A stretch of DNA of 28,378 nt. It comes from Waddliaceae bacterium. GTDB taxonomy: Bacteria; Chlamydiota; Chlamydiia; Chlamydiales; SLOH01. Both the position numbers and the translations under genes were made by a program. Shown here piece after piece: positions 7,914-19,876 of the stretch; the first letter of the stretch is position 1, and each line of letters begins with the position of its first letter. The notes beneath the pieces were generated by a model. It ran no database searches. It saw nothing but the letters and a program-made list of their open reading frames with translations, and was not told the origin of the DNA. The DNA is taken from contig JBBDJA010000013.1 of assembly GCA_040880105.1 (NCBI GenBank), positions 1-28,378 of the forward strand. The letters run 5' to 3'.

Positions 7914-9891
7914 TTCAACAGAAAGCCAGCCTACCTATCTTTTTGAACCTTTCTTTGAGAAGGGTCAGTCTCTAGAAGATAGTCCATTTCTAACGCCTTA
8001 TTCGCGAAATTGGGGAGGTCGCATTGATCTAAAAGCCTCTTTACTTGCAGCGTTCTTTTTGATTCTTTCGTTTGCTTTTTCATTTTTCCCTGCACTGGTT
8101 CCATATTCCAAGATCCTTCTCATTATGGTCTATTTTTTGTCAGGAATTCCGGCTTTGATTGAATCGATTGAGGATTTACTCAATATGGAAGTCAATATCG
8201 ATATTTTGATGACGATTGCTGCATTTTCTTCTGTTATAATCGGAAGCGGAATGGAGGGGGGGCTCTTACTTGTGCTTTTTGCAATATCCGGATCCATGGA
8301 GCAGGCGGTGCGTGCAAAAGCCTCAAATGCGATCCAAGAGCTACATCACCTCTCGCCCTCATTTGCATCTGTTGTGCAAGAAGATGGCTCTTTGCTAGAA
8401 AAATCGGTGCGGGAAATTGAAGTTGGAACTCATATTCTTGTAAAATCAGGTCAAGTTGTTCCTCTGGATGGAGTCGTTGTGGAAGGTGTCTCTTCTGTCA
8501 CACTCGAACATCTAACCGGGGAGAATTTTCCGGTGACAAAAAAGGCCCCTGACATTGTACCTGCCGGCGCTGTCAACTTGGAGGGAGCTTTAACACTCCT
8601 TGTCACACGAACAAGTTCAGACTCTACCGTTTCAAAAATTATTCAACTTGTAACAGAAGCGCAAGAGGCAAGACCGAAATTGCAACGTTGGTTTGATCGG
8701 GTCAGTGAATCTTATGCAAAAGCAATTATTCTTCTAGCCGCTCTTTTCTCCACAACGTTTCCCTATCTCTTTCAAATGCCATTTTTAGGAACTGAGGGCT
8801 CCTTATACCGCGCCCTTGCATTTTTGATTGCAGCCTCTCCCTGCGCGCTTATTCTTGCGCTTCCGATCGCCTATCTTAGCGCGGTCAGTGTGTGTGCGAG
8901 AAGGGGAATCTTGTTAAAGGGAGGCATCGCCTTAGATGCCCTTGCAGCCTGCTCAACTATTGCCCTAGATAAAACAGGTACCCTCACAACAGGAGATTTG
9001 AACTGTCTCGGTGTTGAGCCGTATGGAGAGAACTCTTTGACCAAAGAGGACGCTCTTGGTATTGCGTATCAATTGGAAAAAAATGCTGTGCATCCGGTTG
9101 CCAAAGCAATTTTAGGCTATGTGAAGGGGAAAAATATTCCAACTTTTAAAATTTCAAATTACCAATCGGTCCCCGGATATGGTTTGGAAGGGAAAGCTCT
9201 CATTTCAGGGCGCGAGCAGACCGTTTACATCGGACATCCGGAGTATATTAAGGAGCAGTTGGATGAAAAGTTGCTACGCGATGTGCAAAAGATCAGAAAT
9301 CAGGGCGAAATGGTTTCTATTTTAAAAATTGAAAATGAAGTCTTTATTTTTCGATTTCTCGACACATTAAGGAAAGATGTCTCTGCGACTATTCAAGCGC
9401 TACAAGAGGAGTGGAAAATGACTCTGGTCATGCTGACCGGGGATCATGAAGAGAACGCAAAGCGGATTGCAGGTGAGGTTGGTATTGAAAATTTCAAAGC
9501 GAACCTTCGACCTGAGGATAAGTTGAGATATATCTCAGAAATGTCTGAGAAAAAAGGGCTTGCTATGGTTGGAGACGGAATTAACGACGCTCCTGCACTT
9601 GCACGGGCAAGTGTTGGGATCTGCATGGGAAAAGTCGGAACAACAGCTGCAATGGACGCCTCAGATATTGTCTTTCTACATGACACGATCGACAGGTTAG
9701 ATTGGCTGGTTGGTAAAGCGCATCAAACCCAAAGAATTGTCAAACAAAACCTTGTTGTGGCAACAGCTGCCATTATTATCGCAAGCTTTCCTGCCTTGGG
9801 AGGCTATATCCCCCTTTGGCTTGCTGTCGTAATGCATGAAGGGGGCACAGTACTTGTTGGTTTAAATGCCCTTCGTCTATTAAGGATTTAA
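7903..9891 (+). CDS. zntA: Heavy-metal translocating P1B-4-type ATPase (ZntA/CadA-like, HMA1-like)
   Basis: EHLTGE, AASPCAL, DKTGTLT, HP, MLTGD, MVGDGINDAPALA and HEGGT motifs; no N-terminal CxxC domain. Start ATG 7903 overlaps the VIT1 gene end. Confidence 0.93.
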   Translation: MRTNSTESQPTYLFEPFFEKGQSLEDSPFLTPYSRNWGGRIDLKASLLAAFFLILSFAFSFFPALVPYSKILLIMVYFLSGIPALIESIEDLLNMEVNIDILMTIAAFSSVIIGSGMEGGLLLVLFAISGSMEQAVRAKASNAIQELHHLSPSFASVVQEDGSLLEKSVREIEVGTHILVKSGQVVPLDGVVVEGVSSVTLEHLTGENFPVTKKAPDIVPAGAVNLEGALTLLVTRTSSDSTVSKIIQLVTEAQEARPKLQRWFDRVSESYAKAIILLAALFSTTFPYLFQMPFLGTEGSLYRALAFLIAASPCALILALPIAYLSAVSVCARRGILLKGGIALDALAACSTIALDKTGTLTTGDLNCLGVEPYGENSLTKEDALGIAYQLEKNAVHPVAKAILGYVKGKNIPTFKISNYQSVPGYGLEGKALISGREQTVYIGHPEYIKEQLDEKLLRDVQKIRNQGEMVSILKIENEVFIFRFLDTLRKDVSATIQALQEEWKMTLVMLTGDHEENAKRIAGEVGIENFKANLRPEDKLRYISEMSEKKGLAMVGDGINDAPALARASVGICMGKVGTTAAMDASDIVFLHDTIDRLDWLVGKAHQTQRIVKQNLVVATAAIIIASFPALGGYIPLWLAVVMHEGGTVLVGLNALRLLRI

Positions 9892-10015
9892 ATCCTTTCG
9901 CATCAAAAAACCCCTAGAGAAGCTCATTTTTTAAGAGGCTTCTAAAAAGTCGTTTTCTTCTTGTAAACTTTGCTGTTTAAGGGTATATCTCAAAATAAAT
10001 TTCGACAGATAGGTT

Positions 10016-13000
10016 ATGAAAAAAGAACGAAGATTGACAGAGTCTCAGCTAAATGTTGCCATTCAACAAGAGAGTGAGAAATTTAAGGAGTATTACGCTT
10101 GGATTGAACAGGCGATGCCGGATCTTTTTTTTGAAGAGGTGAAGCTAGAAAATATCATGCTCATCACTCACAGCTTAATGGGCTTTAACCTACAAGACTA
10201 CTTTACAACGATTAATATGCGCACGAGCGCAATTGTGATGTGTTTGGACAGCGCAGATGCCGATCTTAGAATTTTAAAAGGATATGCGATGTATGGCATT
10301 AAAAACTATCGGGCCTACATCTCCAAATCTCCCCCTCCATTTCCCGGTGTGAGCGCAAAGTTGCGAGTCGCGCAGATTTTCTTTACCGAAGCGATCGAGA
10401 GCGCAAAAGAGCCCCTTCCACAAGAATTAACAAAAGAACTTCGCGCCCTTGTGAAGGAGCGCAACCCAAAAGTTACTGATGAGGAGTTTGATAAACTCAT
10501 TTCGGGTATGAATTCCCGTTTTTTACGCTCACTTCCTATCGATCGTCTAATTTTAGCACTCGATATGTTTTTCCGAGCGAAAACGCGAGATAACTGCCAG
10601 TATGTGACAAGATACAATGAAGATTGGGAAGAGAAGAAGACCCCGTCCCTTCAGCTAGTTCTTGCGTGGAGGAATACGCCGAAACATAATTTTTTGTACC
10701 GAATTGTTAGGGTGATCCATCGACACGGCCTTGTAATGCAACGCGTCAATGCGACCTATATTAACCCCTATAGCCCCGGAAATATTTTAATTATGGCGCT
10801 CGGACTTCACGGCAGCGATGGCCAGGCCGTTTGGGATGTAGCAAATATTCCGGAGTTTTTACGTGAACTTGCGACTGTTAAATACTTTGCGAGTTTTGAT
10901 CTGATCGATCAAAAGCTTGTAAAGACCAAAATTATCTCAGATGTGATGGGAAATCTTGTGCGCGCAATGATTAATTTTGTGCACCAGTCTCTAGTCTATC
11001 TTGACCCACACCTTTATACAACAGAGCATATCGAAGAAGATCTGTGTCGTCACCCGGCTCTCATTTCTAAGATTTGTGAGTCATTCGCTTTTCGCTTCGA
11101 CCCCCAGCGTCACGATGTAGAGAAGTTTGAAAGTTTATTTAAAGAGTCTCTTGAAGAGATTAACCTACTTGACACAGGACATCCCTTTAATGATCAAAGG
11201 AGAAAAAATGTCTTAAAGCAGGCATTGCATATGGTCAAATATACTCTCAAAACAAATTTGTATCGAACAAACTACACCGCTCTTTCTTTTAGGCTTGATC
11301 CTGAGTATTTAGACCTGCTTCCATTTGATCGCACGCTGAAATTCCCTGAAATGCCGTACGGAATCTTTTTCTTTAAGGGAATGCATTTTTTTGGGTTTCA
11401 TATTCGCTTTAAAGATTTATCCAGAGGGGGTCTAAGGACAGTCTATCCTTCTATAGTTGAACATATTGAGACCGAACAGAACAGCGTCTTTCGCGAATGT
11501 TATAACCTTGCCTATACGCAGCATAAAAAAAATAAGGATATCCCTGAAGGGGGCGCAAAAGGAGTCATCTTTTTAAAGCCTTGGGACAGGTTGGAGTCGG
11601 AAGCGACCATACTTGAAAAAGAGCTTACAGAATCACATGTCGATCCCGTTGAAATTAAGCATAAGATGGACGATTTTTATAAGCAGCAGAGAAAAGAGTT
11701 TCTGTATCAAGCGCAGCGTTCATATATTGAAAGCTTTATTACGATCATCAACTGCGATCTCGATGGGAAGATTCGCGCAAAATATATTGTCGATTACTTA
11801 AAAAAGCCCGAGTACATCTACTTAGGCCCGGATGAGAATATGCACGACGATATGATTGAGTGGATTGCAAGATTCAGTTTGAAATATGACTACAAACCCG
11901 GGAGCTCTTTTATTTCCGGTAAACCAAAGCTTGGAATCAACCATAAAGAGTACGGTGTAACCTCTCTTGGCGTCAATGTGTACATGGAAAAGGTCTTGAA
12001 CTACCTTGGAATTGATCCTGAAAAAGAGACTTTTACAGTCAAAATATCTGGGGGTCCTGACGGGGATGTTGCGGGCAATCAAATACTCAATCTCAATCGA
12101 TACTACCCAAATACCGCAAAACTTTTAGCATTGACCGATATTTCCGGCACTATTTACGACCCGGAGGGCCTTGATTTAGGTGCCCTTGAGGAGCTTTTTC
12201 ATCAGCAACGTCCCATTAAGTACTATCCCCCGGAAAAACTTCACAATGAGGGGTTTTTACTTGATCGCGAAGCAAAACGAAAGAAAACAGCATACGCGCA
12301 AGAGACGCTTTGTATGCGGATGAAAGAGGGTAAATTAATTGAAGACTGGGTCTCCGGAAGTGAGATGAATCATCTCTTTCGTCAAAATGTCCATCGCACT
12401 CCGGTCGATGTTTTTATCCCCGCCGGTGGTCGCCCAAGAACATTAAACCAGCATAACGTTCATCTTGATTATCTCGATGCAACCGGAAAGCCGACTTCAA
12501 AAGCGATCGTTGAGGGCGCAAACCTCTACTTAAACGATGAAGCCAGACATTTTCTTGAAGGGAAAGGAGTCTTGATTATCAAAGACAGCTCCGCAAATAA
12601 AGCCGGGGTGATTTGTTCCTCGTATGAAGTGCTAACAGGACTGATCCTTGGTGAGGAGTTATTTATCCGTGAAAAAGAGAAAATTGTCCCCCAAGTTTTA
12701 AAGCGCCTGCGCAAAGCAGCAAGCGACGAGGCCGATCTCCTTTTACTTACGCATAAAGAAACAGGCAAGCGATTGACCGATATCTCAGATGAAATTTCAA
12801 GAAAGATCAATAAGTACACCGATCAGATTTTAGATTATTTAGAAGAAATCGAATTGAATGACGACTTAACCCAAGTCTATATTGATTATTGTCTTCCGAT
12901 TGTCGGTGAAGAATTTAAGGATCGAATCATAAAGTACGTACCTGAAAATCACAAAAAAGCAATCATCGCAAGTTCAATATCGAGTCAGCTTGTTTACAAA

Positions 13001-13063
13001 AATGGCCTTGACTGGGAGCCATCCATAGTGGATGTACTACCGACTCTTCTATTTGAATCCTAA
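10016..13063 (+). CDS. Large NAD-specific glutamate dehydrogenase (GDH2-like, ~1000 aa)
   Basis: RGGLR, KNKDIPEGGAKG, GPDENM, GINHKEYGVTS, GGPDGDVAGN, IVEGANLY and KDSSANKAGVICSSYEV motifs. Confidence 0.93.
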   Translation: MKKERRLTESQLNVAIQQESEKFKEYYAWIEQAMPDLFFEEVKLENIMLITHSLMGFNLQDYFTTINMRTSAIVMCLDSADADLRILKGYAMYGIKNYRAYISKSPPPFPGVSAKLRVAQIFFTEAIESAKEPLPQELTKELRALVKERNPKVTDEEFDKLISGMNSRFLRSLPIDRLILALDMFFRAKTRDNCQYVTRYNEDWEEKKTPSLQLVLAWRNTPKHNFLYRIVRVIHRHGLVMQRVNATYINPYSPGNILIMALGLHGSDGQAVWDVANIPEFLRELATVKYFASFDLIDQKLVKTKIISDVMGNLVRAMINFVHQSLVYLDPHLYTTEHIEEDLCRHPALISKICESFAFRFDPQRHDVEKFESLFKESLEEINLLDTGHPFNDQRRKNVLKQALHMVKYTLKTNLYRTNYTALSFRLDPEYLDLLPFDRTLKFPEMPYGIFFFKGMHFFGFHIRFKDLSRGGLRTVYPSIVEHIETEQNSVFRECYNLAYTQHKKNKDIPEGGAKGVIFLKPWDRLESEATILEKELTESHVDPVEIKHKMDDFYKQQRKEFLYQAQRSYIESFITIINCDLDGKIRAKYIVDYLKKPEYIYLGPDENMHDDMIEWIARFSLKYDYKPGSSFISGKPKLGINHKEYGVTSLGVNVYMEKVLNYLGIDPEKETFTVKISGGPDGDVAGNQILNLNRYYPNTAKLLALTDISGTIYDPEGLDLGALEELFHQQRPIKYYPPEKLHNEGFLLDREAKRKKTAYAQETLCMRMKEGKLIEDWVSGSEMNHLFRQNVHRTPVDVFIPAGGRPRTLNQHNVHLDYLDATGKPTSKAIVEGANLYLNDEARHFLEGKGVLIIKDSSANKAGVICSSYEVLTGLILGEELFIREKEKIVPQVLKRLRKAASDEADLLLLTHKETGKRLTDISDEISRKINKYTDQILDYLEEIELNDDLTQVYIDYCLPIVGEEFKDRIIKYVPENHKKAIIASSISSQLVYKNGLDWEPSIVDVLPTLLFES

Positions 13064-13098
13064 GTGTTTGATTATATCTCCCTGGAGAAATGGACTTT

Positions 13099-13125
13099 TC
13101 GGCACTCTATAAATGAGAGTGCTAA
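13099..13125 (+). promoter_or_regulatory. CIRCE operator (HrcA binding site)
   Basis: TCGGCACTC-N9-GAGTGCTAA against consensus TTAGCACTC-N9-GAGTGCTAA, directly upstream of hrcA. Confidence 0.95.
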
Positions 13126-13131
13126 ATTCTC

Positions 13132-13160
13132 TTGACTCTCATCCCTTGTTTTCATATAAT
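13132..13160 (+). promoter_or_regulatory. Sigma66/70 promoter of hrcA-grpE-dnaK
   Basis: TTGACT (13132-13137)-N17-TATAAT (13155-13160), 6 nt downstream of the CIRCE. Confidence 0.9.
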
Positions 13161-13167
13161 GGCGAGT

Positions 13168-14326
13168 ATGAAAACGGTTTTTAAAGGCTATTCAAATAAA
13201 AAAGAGCGTGAGTTTAAGGTTTTAATGGGTCTCATTAGGCTCTACCTTAAGGAAGGGCGGCCGATTGGGTCAAAAACTCTCATGGAATCGGAATTTAAAG
13301 ATCTAAGCTCGTCTACAATTCGCAACTATTTTTCAGAACTTGAAAAAAGTGGGTATTTACACCAAGCGCATGCATCCGGTGGACGTGTGCCTACTCAGAA
13401 GGGGTTTCGCTTTTATGCGCATCAAGTGATTGATTCGGTCGAGCTCTCTTCTGATCATGAGAAACGTCTAAAAGAACAAACAAGCAGTGATTCTCGTAAA
13501 ATTGCTGTGTTTTTGCAAAATAGCGCCGAGCTTTTAAGTGAGCTCTCCCATCACGCCGTTTTTCTTTCAGCTCCTCGGTTCGACAGAGATTTTATCCAAG
13601 ATGTCAGACTTGTCTCCATTGATCCTTTGCGGTTTGTATGTGTGACGATTTCTGATTTTGGGGTTGTGCAGACCGAGCTTTTACACTCAAGTCAAAGGCT
13701 TAGTCAACATGCAGTCAAGAGGATGGAAGAGTATTTCTTATGGCGACTGCGCGGTTTGCAAAAGCCGACTCTATCTGAACAAGAAGAGAAGCTTGCAAAG
13801 AAGCACTATAACGAGCTGATGCTTCGATACATCGTCGGGTATACCACTTTTATTGATGAAGAGATCTACCGTACCGGGTTTTCCAAGCTTCTTGATTTTC
13901 CCGATTTTGAAGACCCTGTCGTTGTCGCTTCTAGTTTGACCCTTTTTGAAAATGCGCAAAGCATGCGTCTAATTTTAAAAGAGTCACTGAAAAAAAATGA
14001 GTTGAAGGTGTGGATCGGAGACGATCTGGAACCATTTGCGTCGAGTTCTCCCAACTGCAGCGTGATTGCCATTCCGTACTGCATTAATAATCAACCGGTG
14101 GGAGCCATCGGAATTCTGGGACCCATGCGAACGCATTATTCAGAGATTTTTGGTCTCCTCAAGGCATTTGCAACCCAAGTCAGTCAACTACTGACAACAA
14201 GCGTATACAAACATAAAATTACTTTTCGACAACCGGAACAAGGAGGAGGGGTGCTTTTGGAAAAGCAGCAGAAACTTCTTGAAAATTCGCCACTGTTAAT
14301 GTTGGAAAATCAAAATAAGGATAGTG

Positions 14327-14334
<8 letters not shown>
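13168..14334 (+). CDS. hrcA: Heat-inducible transcription repressor HrcA
   Basis: PIGSKTL, SSSTIRNYFSELEKSGYLHQAHASGGRVPTQKGFRFY, GAIGILGPMRTHY and a chlamydial-type C-terminal tail. Start at ATG 13168 because upstream in-frame starts lie inside the promoter. Confidence 0.95.
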
Positions 14335-16832
<2,498 letters not shown>

Positions 16833-16837
16833 TTTAG

Positions 16838-16879
16838 AAAAACAGGTTAAGGCAAGCTAAGCTTGCCTTAACCCTTTTT
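16838..16879. terminator. Bidirectional intrinsic terminator between dnaK and csbD
   Basis: 14-bp inverted repeat ggttaaggcaagct (16845-16858) / agcttgccttaacc (16860-16873), with an A-tract before and a T-tract after. Confidence 0.9.
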
Positions 16880-16882
16880 CGT

Positions 16883-17092
16883 TTAATTTTTGTCTAGGTG
16901 CGAGCTCTCAAAATCCTTGATCTGTTTTTGAGCCTCTTCTTTTGAATACCCGTATTGCTTTTGCAGTCTTCCAATCAATTGGTCTTTTTTTCCGTCAATT
17001 TTTTGTAGATCATCATCGGTCAATTTTCCCCAATTCTCCTTAACTTTCCCTTTTAGAATACTCCAATTTCCCTCAAAAATATTAGAATCCAT
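16883..17092 (-). CDS. csbD: CsbD/YjbJ family stress protein
   Basis: FEGNWSILKGKVKENWGKLTDDDLQKIDGKKDQLIGRLQKQYG; GAGG RBS. Confidence 0.93.
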   Translation of the reverse strand: MDSNIFEGNWSILKGKVKENWGKLTDDDLQKIDGKKDQLIGRLQKQYGYSKEEAQKQIKDFESSHLDKN

Positions 17093-17308
17093 TGTATTAC
17101 CTCTTTTTATGAATACTTTATCTAGCCTTTACGTCTTTTGACAAGGCCCTTATCTTTCAAATATCACCCGTTCAGTTTTAATTAAACAAAATAAAAGAGA
17201 GACAATAATTAAAATTAAATGTACTTGCTGTTAAGTCATTTGCGATGAAACTTTACATAAGTATTTAACCTTGTTAATTTTGTGAAATCACAGAAAATTA
17301 AATTGTAT

Positions 17309-17337
17309 TTGACAATAACCGCATCCTCCACTACTTA
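17309..17337 (+). promoter_or_regulatory. Possible sigma66/70 promoter of the BON gene
   Basis: Perfect TTGACA (17309-17314)-N17-TACTTA. Confidence 0.45.
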
Positions 17338-17409
17338 TAGGATTCAAGGGAAAAGCAACAATTGATGTTGCAAACCAGGAAAAATAATTAAAAAATGGGG
17401 GATAAAAGG

Positions 17410-18411
17410 ATGAAAAATTTTCTTTTTGCAATGATAAGCCTAGTTCCGTTAGTTGGGAATGCGGCAGTGTTTAATGGAAATATGGATGATAATCGTCAAT
17501 TAGAGATTCGAGTGAATGAAGGCCGCGGGATCGATAATAGATACGACAGAGGGTATAGAAGACCGATGCGAGTCCAACAGCAAAGGCTCGACCGTTATCC
17601 TGAACAACGTCAATATCAAGCGCACCCTCGCCAACAGATCCGACTTGGAAATGAAGATACAAGAGAGATTGTAGAGTCTATTCTTCAAGCCATAGAGATT
17701 GAAGACGGATCGGATATTCGCGTCAGCGTTCAAAATGGACAGGTCATGATAGAGGGACAGGTACAATCAAGACAAGACCTTCAAAGGCTACAACGCGCAG
17801 TCAATATTCTTGAAAATCTACGATATCAATTTCGCGTCTCTTTAGATGGACAACGCCAAGATCAGAATGATCGGTACTCTAGTTACCAATACTGCCAAAA
17901 TTGCGGCTCAAATCTTATTGCAAATGTAGACAATAACCACTCTAAAGAAAATGTTTCCGATAGCGCAATTAAAAATGAAGCACAAGAGAAGCTCAAAGGC
18001 GGATGGTTTCAATCCGGGTATGAGCAAGTCGTGGTAGAAGTCAATGATGGAATTGTGACGCTGACAGGAATCGTGGAGAATAAAGGAGATCTAGGAGAGA
18101 TTGAGGGGAGAATTCAAGGAATTAAAGGGGTTCAACTCGTAAAAAACCACTTAAATATTAAATCGGATCAAAATGGAAGAGCAGCAAGCGGACGGGGATT
18201 GACCGATGACATGATTAGAAAAAATATTGAAGCTGAACTTGCAGATACATGGTGGGGAAGCTACGATGATGTGCAAATCGATGTAAATAATGGAGTTGTC
18301 ATTATCACCGGTTCTGTAGAGAGTGAAGGTGATGTGCAAGATGTGGAGTCAAAACTAAGTGAAACTCCTGGAGTTGATGTCATTCGGAATCGTCTAAAAG
18401 TTAAAGAGTAA
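17410..18411 (+). CDS. Secreted BON-domain (OsmY-like) protein with about three BON repeats
   Basis: Signal peptide MKNFLFAMISLVPLVGNA; repeats VSVQNGQVMIEGQV, VEVNDGIVTLTGIV...GVQLVKNHL and IDVNNGVVIITGSV...GVDVIRNRL. Confidence 0.9.
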   Translation: MKNFLFAMISLVPLVGNAAVFNGNMDDNRQLEIRVNEGRGIDNRYDRGYRRPMRVQQQRLDRYPEQRQYQAHPRQQIRLGNEDTREIVESILQAIEIEDGSDIRVSVQNGQVMIEGQVQSRQDLQRLQRAVNILENLRYQFRVSLDGQRQDQNDRYSSYQYCQNCGSNLIANVDNNHSKENVSDSAIKNEAQEKLKGGWFQSGYEQVVVEVNDGIVTLTGIVENKGDLGEIEGRIQGIKGVQLVKNHLNIKSDQNGRAASGRGLTDDMIRKNIEAELADTWWGSYDDVQIDVNNGVVIITGSVESEGDVQDVESKLSETPGVDVIRNRLKVKE

Positions 18412-18437
18412 TAACAACCTTTAGCTGAAAGAATTTT

Positions 18438-18468
18438 AGGAGAAAGCGGCTTTGCTTTCTCCTTTTCT
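18438..18468 (+). terminator. Intrinsic terminator after the BON gene
   Basis: aggagaaagc-ggcttt-gctttctcct followed by tttct. Confidence 0.75.
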
Positions 18469-18631
18469 AAAGGAAGCTCTGATTCACTCAGATTGTTAGA
18501 TTTAGCGCTCTTTTTTGAGGGAATTTGAGAAAATCGCACCCGCTTAACTATCAAGTGGTTAATTACGATTTTTTTTTGAATTTAGAAAAAATTCATGCAA
18601 AATTTAATTAACCTGCGTTAATCAGATCTTC

Positions 18632-19861
18632 CTAAAAGTGCTCAGCAATAAACTCGGCAGTCGGTCTTTTTTTGGGATCTGTTGAGATCATTTCCTTCAA
18701 TAATTGACAAACGACAACTAATTGCGATTTTTGGCGTAGAGTCTCTTGGTCAAGTTCATGGATTTTTTCTTCAACTTCTTTTGGAATCTCTCCGTCTTTG
18801 TTCTCTTTCAATAAGTTGTTAGTCGATTCCAGTAATTTTTGATCCAGTTTTGAATTTAACTCTAATTTTAATTGGTCAATGTATTGATTCAGAACCTCAT
18901 GTTGATTCTGAATTTTTTCATCCCCCCAACTTTCAATCCTGACCTGTCTTGGGAGTCTGCGAAAAATTTTATTGCGTAGTGAACCGACATCTACTCCGGC
19001 AAAGGCCTTATGCTCGACAATTAACTTTTCAATCCCCCTGCGGTTTTGGCTTGGATCACTTTGATATTCATCACGGTCTTGGTCATGAACCGGGAGTAGA
19101 GGATCGCCACCCTCATTAAGAATCTCTTCTTCAAGGGTGCGTATCATGACAATTGCAGCGCCATAAACGTCTCCTTTTTGGCTGAGCCTTCCTTCAGGCG
19201 GCGCAAATCTTAAATTTCCTTTATATGTCTTGCTTTCATCTTTCACTTCTTCCGCGCGTCCAAAGTCCGCAAGCTTAAGTGATAATGTTCCCTTATCTTC
19301 ATATACGAGAGAGTTTTCAGGCTTTATATCCCCATGTGCAAATCCTGCTCGATGGAGCTGGGCTAAACCTTTTACAAAGTCACATAGGAGTTTCATCCTT
19401 GTTTGAAAACCGACCTTAGAATTTCTTAATGTTTTCTCAAAGTCGCTCTTGGCTCTATCGACCTTCATAGTGAACATGCCGCGGATCCCTTCATCTTTGG
19501 ATAAAATGGAGTGTTTGACCGCAAGATTCGAGTGATCTTCAACCAAGTCCATTATTTTCTGCATTTTACTTGCTTCTTTTTTTAGGGCACTTTTTTGATT
19601 ACGGAGAAAAACACCCTTTGGGGTGTAGTATGCGTGATTGGCTTTATCGTTAGAGGTCGTTCCTAACTGTTGACTCCCAACTGAAATCCATACATTTTTA
19701 TCAGCCCCGCTTGCGATAAAATGGAACGTCTTTGCTGCAATTGCATTTACTTTATTTGAAACCTTCGCAAGCCGATTGCCTAAGTCTTGATTGAGGCCAT
19801 TTACAACCTTTTGGTCTGCAGAAATAGGCGGGTCAGGGAAATAGTTATTGTTGATTTCCAT
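18632..19861 (-). CDS. Eukaryote-like Ser/Thr protein kinase, candidate effector
   Basis: HGDIKPEN, LADFG, GNLRFAPPE, GDVYG and MISTDPKKRPTA; low-complexity N-terminus MEINNNYFPDPPIS; no TM segment. Confidence 0.88.
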   Translation of the reverse strand: MEINNNYFPDPPISADQKVVNGLNQDLGNRLAKVSNKVNAIAAKTFHFIASGADKNVWISVGSQQLGTTSNDKANHAYYTPKGVFLRNQKSALKKEASKMQKIMDLVEDHSNLAVKHSILSKDEGIRGMFTMKVDRAKSDFEKTLRNSKVGFQTRMKLLCDFVKGLAQLHRAGFAHGDIKPENSLVYEDKGTLSLKLADFGRAEEVKDESKTYKGNLRFAPPEGRLSQKGDVYGAAIVMIRTLEEEILNEGGDPLLPVHDQDRDEYQSDPSQNRRGIEKLIVEHKAFAGVDVGSLRNKIFRRLPRQVRIESWGDEKIQNQHEVLNQYIDQLKLELNSKLDQKLLESTNNLLKENKDGEIPKEVEEKIHELDQETLRQKSQLVVVCQLLKEMISTDPKKRPTAEFIAEHF

Positions 19862-19876
19862 AATAAAAATTCAGTT

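Noticed and set aside
9905..9950. Terminator between the ATPase and gdh
   Set aside because: The stem (tagagaagctc/gaggcttcta) is imperfect and lacks a following U-tract on the plus strand.
13132..13167. Longer HrcA start at TTG 13132 or ATG 13159
   Set aside because: These codons lie within the -35 and -10 hexamers of the operon promoter.
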